Positions 57,214 through 64,000 of a DNA stretch of 64,000 bases are shown one piece after another. The stretch lies in contig JAHITY010000114.1 of assembly GCA_018817165.1 (NCBI GenBank), positions 81,721 through 145,720 of the forward strand. The letters are read 5' to 3'. Position 1 is the stretch's first letter, and each line of letters starts with the position of its first letter. The notes below the pieces were generated by a model. It ran no database searches, was not told the origin of the DNA, and saw only the letters and a program-made list of their open reading frames with translations. The DNA is from Candidatus Omnitrophota bacterium. GTDB taxonomy: Bacteria > Omnitrophota > Gorgyraeia > B26-G9. A program made the translations under genes and the position numbers.

Positions 57214-57467
57214 TAAAATTGTCTCCTTAAGCTTTCTAGGCTATTATCAGCAGGCTTTATGTCTAGCCAGAATGAAGTTGGTTTATTGTTTTGGCTAGGA
57301 TTATTTAAATCAGGAGAAATGCTTTTAGTTTGAAAACTATTTTTATAAACAAAATAATAGGGCAGGATCAGAATAAAATAAAGCAGAGCTAAAACAATAT
57401 TCAAAGGGATTTGAATGATTTGAATTAAAACAGTCAGTATTTTTTTAAAACCTAATTTCATGATCAA
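57213..57467 (-). CDS. Small membrane protein, SxtJ-like
   Basis: LALLYFILILP...SFW...LRRQF; coupled to the carbamoyltransferase start. Confidence 0.7.
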   Translation of the reverse strand: MIMKLGFKKILTVLIQIIQIPLNIVLALLYFILILPYYFVYKNSFQTKSISPDLNNPSQNNKPTSFWLDIKPADNSLESLRRQF

Positions 57468-57564
57468 AAACTTTAATTTTATATCGTGGATTAGCAGATA
57501 GTGATAGCTGAATTTTGCTTATGCTAATCTTAGCATATTCTCGATGTTTAGCCAATTGATTTTT

Positions 57565-57700
57565 GTAGGGCCACGGCGTGACGTGGCCGTATCATTAATA
57601 TTTGATCAATATTATAATTTTGTAGGGGCGCTGCTTGCCTGCGCCCGTTTATTAATGATTCGATTGGATTATTACGGGCCGGGGCAAGCGCGGCCCCTAC
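57565..57700. repeat. Single variant REP (57565-57588) plus shortened REPIN-like doublet (57622-57700)
   Basis: gtagggccacggcgtgacgtggcc; gtaggggcgctgcttgcctgcgccc...gggccggggcaagcgcggcccctac. Confidence 0.87.
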
Positions 57701-57721
57701 ATTGAAATCTTGTGTTCTTTT

Positions 57722-60700
57722 CTATTTAAAAATCCCGTTAAGGACTCCTTTAAATAATTCCATCTTTATGTCTTTTTCGGAGTTTTGCTGCGGTTCGTCC
57801 GGGGATTTAGTTTTTAAAAGATTATTAAGTATCGCATTAGCGCCAAGTCCAAACAATAATTTTTTTTGGTCGATTATTGGCGCGCTGAGCGTGCCTTTGA
57901 CTTCAATTTCTTTTTGATAAACTTTTCCATTAAAATCAAAAACATCGCGTAAGGCCTGATTTATTTTTTGCGCGCCGGATTCAGTTAATTGGAGAGTTGT
58001 CCAAAAGTTTTCAAAGCCCAGAGTATCAAGCAGGATCGCGCCGCGGGCTAAGATAATTGCTTCCGGGCCATTAAAGCTGGTGTTTTGCAGCGTTGCTTTT
58101 GCCTGGTCAAAAATAATATCGGCATTGCCTTGAGTAATTTCAAAATTAACCAGGAAATCCGCGCTGAAGATAGCGGCAATTGATTTAAGCAAAGGCATGG
58201 CGATGATCAGCGCGTCATTTAATTTAATATTTGCTTTGCCCTGGATTGTTTTTAAATCATTGCCCGTGCCGTTTAGGTCAGCATTCAGAGATACGATGCC
58301 TTTATGCTGTTGAGCAATGATTTTTGATTCTTTGATCAACAGGCCAAAATCGAGCTTATCAATATTCGCTTTAGCGGTATAAGTAAATTTTGGCTGAGTA
58401 AAATCCGCATCAACAATTAAATCAGCTTTGCCTTGATAAGCATTAAGTCGGGCATCTGCATTAAGGATTTTATTGCGCATATTGGCCTTAAGCGCAATTT
58501 CATTGAGTTTAATTTTTTTAATTTCAATTTGATCAGATAAAATATTTGCCGTTAAATTCATCGCGGCTAAATCAGACACTGGAGTATCAATATTAATTTT
58601 TGCCGAAACATTGCCTTTTAATTCCAGGCTATCCAACTGTTTTTTAATATTCTGGGGAATCGGCAGTTTGTTCAAGTCATCAATATTCAGCTGAGAATCA
58701 ATATCCAGATTTATCAGCGGATTATTATTCAGTGAACTTATTTTGCCGGAGGCTTTGGCCAGGATGTCTTTATACACAAGTGATGAATCTTTTAAAATAA
58801 TACTATTGTTCTGATAATCCGCGTTTATTTGGGCATTGGCTTTTTCAATTGTAATCTTATTAACCAGTACATTTTTTAAATCAAGATCAAGCTTGGAATT
58901 AAAATTTAGATTTTCCGGTTTGGCTCCAGAGCCGGATAGCTTAATTTGCGCGTTCAGCAGTCCTTGAAAATCCGTCTGAATTAATTTGGTTTGCAGGGCA
59001 AAAGACTGCATATCCAGCTGTTCAAGATTTGCGGTTAAATTAAATTTAGGGCTTGCGATATTGTTTAGATCCGCATTAGCCGCGGCTTTGATTTGTCCGG
59101 AATATAATTCAGCGAGCAGGGAAGAAAGATTAAATTGTTGATTTTTAAAAGTGCCTTTGGCTTTTAAACTGTCGAGATTAAATTGATTGTATTTAAGTTC
59201 AGCCGTATTAAGGTTAAAACTTATTTCCAGGGTTTGAGGTTTTTTTAATAAACCACTGGTTTTGAAATCAATTATCGGATTACCGCTTAATTTAAATGTA
59301 TCGGGTAGTTTGAGCATTGAATAAGTATTGAGCTGGTCTAATTTAGTTTTTAGCTGTCCGGTTAGCTCAGCATTTGGATCAAATATAATATTAGCGATAT
59401 TTCCATTAATGCTCAGCTGACTGACCAGATCATTGAGCACTGCTTTGCGCAAAACAATGCTATTTAGATTTTTTATGCTCAGATCCGCGTCAAGTTCAAT
59501 CAACTCCGGCAAAATCATTTGTTGATAGATCAGATTATTTCCCGTAATACTTGTTTCTAAAGTTATAAGATTTAAATCCAAAGCGCTGCCTTTTAGGGAG
59601 ATATTGGCATTAATTCTTCCCGCCAAATAATCATTAAACTTTGCTTTTTGCGCCAAAATTTCTTTGAGCTTTTTCAACTCTAAATCAGCGAGATTGGCGC
59701 GCAGATTATAATCACGATCTTTACTCAATAGATTAAGGCTGCCAGTAAGGTTAATCGCGGTATCGAGCAGACTGAGCGATAGATTAGACAGATTAACTTG
59801 TCCGTTTTCAATCTGGGCTTGGATGAGTAAATTATTGATCTCATAGTCAAATAAACGCAGCTTATCAGTGTTAAGCGATATTGTTCCGCCCAGCTCGGGG
59901 ATGTTTCTTAATGGCCCATTTATCTGGATATTGCCGTTTAATATTCCGCTGGGTTTTGCTGTTTCTAAAATTGGTTTTATTTCTAAAGGCAGCTGCGCTA
60001 AATCCTCAAGCTGAATTTTGATTCGGGTGCTTATTTGAGCCAGAGGGTTTTCTTTTAGATCAGCAATCTGTCCGGTTACATCCAGGCTGATTTGATTGTA
60101 GCTGGCAGTCAGCTGGGAAATTAAAAGCGTATCTTGGTTTAAATCGCATTTTAATTTAACTAACAGCGGGCTAAGTTCGCAATTAAGTTCTATTTTGGGA
60201 TTAGCATAATCTTTGATTAAAAAATCAAGCTTGGCGATCGCGTCATTAATTGTTCCTTGGAGATCAGAGGCGTAAATATTATCTTTATGAATGTTTATTG
60301 TTCCTTTTATATCTTTGATCTGACCAAAAACCGGTATTTGATTGATTTCCATGGGGTTTAGCTTTAATTCAGCGCTGTAATTTAAATTGTCCGGGTTTTT
60401 AAGATCAAGATTTATCAATACATTGGCTTGCGCGTCAAGGTTGATGATTATTGGCGCTTGATTGACTTGGGCTTTGCTTATTTCCAGATAGAAAGGCAAA
60501 TCAAATTTATTTTTATCCTTATTCCAAGAAGTAAATATTTGTTTATAATCAGGGATTAATCTAATTAAATCAGCAAACACAAAAGTACTATTGCTTTGTT
60601 TTTGATAAAGCGCAACTTGCTTGATCGCAATAATTCCTTGCGGAGATATCTGGATATTTTTTATCTTAATTTCCTGGCCCAGGGTTTTGTTGATCTGCTT

Positions 60701-60826
60701 TTCAATCTGAGGAATAGCAATCTGAGGCAAGAGGATAAGATTGATCAGAAAATATCCGCCAATAATCAAGCTAAGGATAATTGCCAGAAAAATAAACAAA
60801 ATGATTAAGGGATTAGTTTTTTTCAT
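57722..60826 (-). CDS. AsmA-like (repeating beta-groove) envelope protein
   Basis: N-terminal TM, repeated amphipathic beta strands (LYSGQI, AYQGKA, G.LN...L.G), C-terminal VKGTLSAP. Confidence 0.8.
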   Translation of the reverse strand: MKKTNPLIILFIFLAIILSLIIGGYFLINLILLPQIAIPQIEKQINKTLGQEIKIKNIQISPQGIIAIKQVALYQKQSNSTFVFADLIRLIPDYKQIFTSWNKDKNKFDLPFYLEISKAQVNQAPIIINLDAQANVLINLDLKNPDNLNYSAELKLNPMEINQIPVFGQIKDIKGTINIHKDNIYASDLQGTINDAIAKLDFLIKDYANPKIELNCELSPLLVKLKCDLNQDTLLISQLTASYNQISLDVTGQIADLKENPLAQISTRIKIQLEDLAQLPLEIKPILETAKPSGILNGNIQINGPLRNIPELGGTISLNTDKLRLFDYEINNLLIQAQIENGQVNLSNLSLSLLDTAINLTGSLNLLSKDRDYNLRANLADLELKKLKEILAQKAKFNDYLAGRINANISLKGSALDLNLITLETSITGNNLIYQQMILPELIELDADLSIKNLNSIVLRKAVLNDLVSQLSINGNIANIIFDPNAELTGQLKTKLDQLNTYSMLKLPDTFKLSGNPIIDFKTSGLLKKPQTLEISFNLNTAELKYNQFNLDSLKAKGTFKNQQFNLSSLLAELYSGQIKAAANADLNNIASPKFNLTANLEQLDMQSFALQTKLIQTDFQGLLNAQIKLSGSGAKPENLNFNSKLDLDLKNVLVNKITIEKANAQINADYQNNSIILKDSSLVYKDILAKASGKISSLNNNPLINLDIDSQLNIDDLNKLPIPQNIKKQLDSLELKGNVSAKINIDTPVSDLAAMNLTANILSDQIEIKKIKLNEIALKANMRNKILNADARLNAYQGKADLIVDADFTQPKFTYTAKANIDKLDFGLLIKESKIIAQQHKGIVSLNADLNGTGNDLKTIQGKANIKLNDALIIAMPLLKSIAAIFSADFLVNFEITQGNADIIFDQAKATLQNTSFNGPEAIILARGAILLDTLGFENFWTTLQLTESGAQKINQALRDVFDFNGKVYQKEIEVKGTLSAPIIDQKKLLFGLGANAILNNLLKTKSPDEPQQNSEKDIKMELFKGVLNGIFK

Positions 60827-61032
60827 AGTACTGCTTATTATATTAAATCAGTATCTTATTGCAAGTCATATTTAGCTTGGATAAATCTAAGAATAATTTT
60901 AGCAATGCTTTATGCGCAAAACAATCTTCTGATTTATTTTTTTTATTCTTGACAAACTGCCTGACTGAGGAATAAAATAAATAATAGGGTGCAAATAAAT
61001 GGATTTGGTTTAATTTTACAAGGAGAGGTAAA

Positions 61033-61407
61033 ATGGCACTGAGCGGAGCTGTATGTGAGAGAAGGAAATTTGTTAGAATGTATTCTGATTTTCCTGTACA
61101 GTTAAAGTACATGAAGCCAAATACGCCTATTCAAATTCACAATTCACTTTCCCAGGATTTAAGTGAGGGGGGGCTGCAGATATCTTCATATTATTTTTAT
61201 CCTGTGAATTCTCAAATGATTGTGGAATTACAACTCAATGCGGACACGGTGCCAATAAAAACTGTTGGTAAGGTTGTTTGGGTCGAGCAGCTGCCTTATC
61301 AGGATGTTTTTAAACTCGGAATAGAGTTTTCCGAATTAAGCGTATTTAATCAAAAAGCTTTGCGCCAGCTTATTGCTGATAAATTCGATTTAAATCAAAT
61401 CAATTAG
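61033..61407 (+). CDS. Single-domain PilZ protein
   Basis: ERRKFVR (RxxxR), DLSEGG (DxSxxG), GKVVW, GIEF. Confidence 0.88.
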   Translation: MALSGAVCERRKFVRMYSDFPVQLKYMKPNTPIQIHNSLSQDLSEGGLQISSYYFYPVNSQMIVELQLNADTVPIKTVGKVVWVEQLPYQDVFKLGIEFSELSVFNQKALRQLIADKFDLNQIN

Positions 61408-61476
61408 TAGTGGCCGCGCTTGCCTCGGCCTGATTATTGATAATTCTATACGGGCGCAGGCAAGCGGCGCCCCTAC
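61407..61476. repeat. Shortened REPIN-like doublet, inverted orientation
   Basis: gtagtggccgcgcttgcctcggcc...gggcgcaggcaagcggcgcccctac. Confidence 0.85.
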
Positions 61477-61680
61477 TAAGTGTCATCTTTTAATCCGCTG
61501 TTTTAATTCATTTTCTCTGCTTTTCCTAAACATTTACCCGAGCAAGGTCGAAGGGCTTTTTCTCTTTTACTATTAGCTATGAGCCACAGCTATGAGCCAA
61601 GCATGTTTTTTTATGCTTTCCTATTCGCTAACCTGTTGCCAATAAACCACTAATGAATCTTTAAAAAACTTTGGATGCTA

Positions 61681-61709
61681 TTGAAATAATTGTTTTTATG
61701 TGGTATACT
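61681..61709 (+). promoter_or_regulatory. Sigma-70 promoter candidate
   Basis: TTGAAA-17 nt-TATACT with extended TGn, upstream of ATG 61776. Confidence 0.55.
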
Positions 61710-61775
61710 TTGCCAGCTTATTTTATATTTAATAATAATTCTTAAATAATATATAATTTAATTACGGAGACAAGC

Positions 61776-64000
61776 ATGACTGCTTATATCAAAAAGAATT
61801 TTTTCAGAAAAGTTTTTATTGTTTTTCTGCTTCAGTCGTTTTTATCCCAGGGGGCTTCCTACGCCATAGACACAGAGTCTTTCGCCGATACCGCTATGCT
61901 TTCGCCGCACGTGCAGATCTCAGAACAGAGTTTTACGCAACAGATGCAAAATATCTGTAATATTAGCGGCGACATGAATGTCATCTCACCAGTTCTTAAT
62001 AAAAATAAAAAACGCGAGAATTATAACGCGGTAGTTGATCGCGTAGAAATGGACCCATTCCCAGGTGAAAATATCGCAATTGCTTTTGGTGAAAATTTTG
62101 AAGTTACGGTAACGGTGTATACGAAAGATGATACCGACCCGGAATCCGACGATCTGCGTGTAGTCCTGTGGACTGATCTTAGCCCGACGAACTATATTCA
62201 GATAAAAAACATTACCATGGCCGAGAATGAAGACGGCACCCCTAATCCGCGAAAATTCTACGCGACAATAAAAATCAAACCTAAAGCGCCAGGAGCATAT
62301 AATTTCACGGCTTTTGCTAAAACCAAACACCAGCCCGATAACAGCAATATGGAGCCGGTTTTTGTCGCGGATAAAGGACGAGTGCATGTCCAGGTCCATC
62401 AGATCCCGCATTGGGCGGACAGGAATAAACTGCATCCATATTATTTGTTCCTGGAAGATGTCGCGACCGATGGACACTCGCTTAACTGGACGGGAATCGA
62501 AGAATTTATCAAGAAAACTTCCGTCAATACTGGTAAGAATATGTTTGTCCTGTCGCCGTTTTTCCCCACGCCCGGATCTTCATCTTTTTCACCGCTCTCG
62601 GTTTTTGCTTTGAGTCCTCGGCTTATTGATTGGATAATGGTAAAAGACAAGGGTGCAACGCCGATAGAAAAATTCCGCAATTTTCTGGCCAAGGGAGTGA
62701 GGGAGCGAAAAATGCGGTTCGAAAATTTTAAAGATAATCAGGAAATAAAAAATTACGCGGAACTGATCGCGCAAAGAACCATAGACAATAATGGTGATGC
62801 CGTGTACGGTTCTCATTACGATATCCATGATTTTAAAAATATCGAAGAGTTTAAAGGATTTATTATTTATGAGCAGTTTGTAAACCTGGAGCAGATGCAT
62901 GAGTTTTTGGCTTCATGTCGCGGTGCAAATGTGCGCATTTGCGGCGATCTGCCTTTTTACCGGGCGAAAGACGGAGTAGATGCTGAATTCAATCGCTGGT
63001 ATTTCGATGCCGAGAACGGCGAGATTGTCAGCCCGGGGCATAAAGGTCTTGACCAGATGTGGGGAGATCTGGCGGCCTGGGACGAAAAAGAGATAAATAA
63101 ATTTACCCGCGAGAAAGGTTATGATCCCCGCTTATTGCCGTTTAAATACTGGAATGAAGTTTTCTGGGATGTCTTTAAAGACAGTAAGGACAAGGTTTCC
63201 GGCTGGCGGATGGATGCTTTGCACATGTATGGACGCGGCTCTTATAATGACAATGCCGAAAGGTTGGTTCATGATACGCTCTTCTGGGACGATGTTGCCG
63301 AATTCTTTATGAACAACAATCTGTTCCCGATCGTTGAACAGCTGGGTGCGGATGCTCACGCTTTTAATTATTTCCTAAAAAGAAAAGGGTTTGTGCAGTA
63401 CGCGATAGTTCTAGATCTGAAATCGAAATCTCTGAACGATTTTATCCGGGACTTGGAGAATATTTCCCGCGGGCTGGCTGTTACGGTGGTCGATACCCAT
63501 GATAGTAATCGCTGGGCTAAGGAATACATGAATATGTTTGAATCCCTGACCGGCAAGACTAACCTTAATCAAGACCCTGAAGTTCGCGACGAAATACTCA
63601 AATTGGTCGGCCCGGCGTTTTTTACGTTTCTGTATCTGGCCCCGAAGATGGAATGCTTTACTCTGAGCCTATCGGAATTCAGTACCCAGGATTCGATTAA
63701 AAGAGAGACGTTTAATGAACGCGGTACGGTTATCGGGTCGGATTGGGGGACTAAGGAAAAAGGTAACATAGATTTTTCTCCTTGGATAAAAAAGTTTGCG
63801 CAGATCCGAGAAGAGAATCCGGCAATCAGCAATTCCGCTTTTGTAAGAATTGCGAATAACGATCCTGAGCACCTGCTCTCGGCTTATAAATCTTATGATG
63901 GCAATAATATTCTGATCATGGCGAATTTCAGCGGCAAAGAAAAAACAATAGAGTTTAACATACCGCGGAGCAGGTTTAAACTTGGGGCGGCATCCTGGAT
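61776..64000 (+). CDS. Large signal-peptide-bearing alpha-glucan-active protein (GH77/GH13-clan-like), 3'-truncated; absent from the ORF track
   Basis: ATG 61776 with GGAG RBS, same frame at start and window end; MTAYIKKNFFRKVFIVFLLQSFLSQGASYA; SSFSPLSVFALSP, ICGDLPFY, QMWG, GWRMDA, IVEQLG, DTHD. Confidence 0.8.
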   Translation, partial: MTAYIKKNFFRKVFIVFLLQSFLSQGASYAIDTESFADTAMLSPHVQISEQSFTQQMQNICNISGDMNVISPVLNKNKKRENYNAVVDRVEMDPFPGENIAIAFGENFEVTVTVYTKDDTDPESDDLRVVLWTDLSPTNYIQIKNITMAENEDGTPNPRKFYATIKIKPKAPGAYNFTAFAKTKHQPDNSNMEPVFVADKGRVHVQVHQIPHWADRNKLHPYYLFLEDVATDGHSLNWTGIEEFIKKTSVNTGKNMFVLSPFFPTPGSSSFSPLSVFALSPRLIDWIMVKDKGATPIEKFRNFLAKGVRERKMRFENFKDNQEIKNYAELIAQRTIDNNGDAVYGSHYDIHDFKNIEEFKGFIIYEQFVNLEQMHEFLASCRGANVRICGDLPFYRAKDGVDAEFNRWYFDAENGEIVSPGHKGLDQMWGDLAAWDEKEINKFTREKGYDPRLLPFKYWNEVFWDVFKDSKDKVSGWRMDALHMYGRGSYNDNAERLVHDTLFWDDVAEFFMNNNLFPIVEQLGADAHAFNYFLKRKGFVQYAIVLDLKSKSLNDFIRDLENISRGLAVTVVDTHDSNRWAKEYMNMFESLTGKTNLNQDPEVRDEILKLVGPAFFTFLYLAPKMECFTLSLSEFSTQDSIKRETFNERGTVIGSDWGTKEKGNIDFSPWIKKFAQIREENPAISNSAFVRIANNDPEHLLSAYKSYDGNNILIMANFSGKEKTIEFNIPRSRFKLGAASW

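Noticed and set aside
55244-57467. Saxitoxin biosynthesis cluster
   Set aside because: Only the widespread sxtI/J/K-like trio is present; no sxtA, sxtG or other core genes
61986-63872. Many short ORFs on both strands at the right end
   Set aside because: All are shadows of the single long plus-strand frame starting at 61776
1-64000. tRNA, rRNA, intact transposase, prophage or defence genes
   Set aside because: None recognised by eye; a covariance-model scan would be needed to exclude small RNAs

Overview
AT-rich bacterial chromosomal segment, most consistent with a diderm PVC-superphylum organism such as Candidatus Omnitrophota (inferred from gene content and style only). In order it contains: (1) the end of a dcw cluster (murG-murC-murB-ddl-ftsQ-ftsA, with no ftsZ after ftsA) running straight into a REC-HD-GYP phosphodiesterase, a PilT/PilU ATPase and a radical SAM gene; (2) a signalling operon (CxxCH sensor kinase, second kinase, single-domain REC, REC-GAF-GGDEF); (3) housekeeping genes yggS-proC-ileS-dksA-like-lspA-lgt-rluD; (4) an orphan cheC-comFB-comFB::cheR operon; (5) small accessory genes, two with sigma-54-type promoters; (6) a ~21 kb Wzx/Wzy polysaccharide locus whose Wzc-like co-polymerase ends in a PilZ domain instead of a tyrosine kinase, with four B12-type radical SAM enzymes and three class I methyltransferase domains; (7) SGNH-TPR, DUF212, L,D-transpeptidase, accA, bioY, a SxtJ/carbamoyltransferase/SxtK-like trio, an AsmA-like gene and a PilZ gene; (8) an unannotated, signal-peptide-bearing GH77/GH13-like ORF running off the right edge. 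Eight GTAG-type REP doublets (REPIN-like) lie at gene junctions. Two carry decayed RAYT transposase coding sequence and two supply the stop codon of the upstream gene. Several other small structured repeats are present. The most novel candidates are putative cyclic-dinucleotide effectors: the ComFB-CheR fusion, the Wzc-PilZ fusion and a PilZ fused to a GT2-like membrane tail. All assignments are from motif recognition by eye; no database searches were run.
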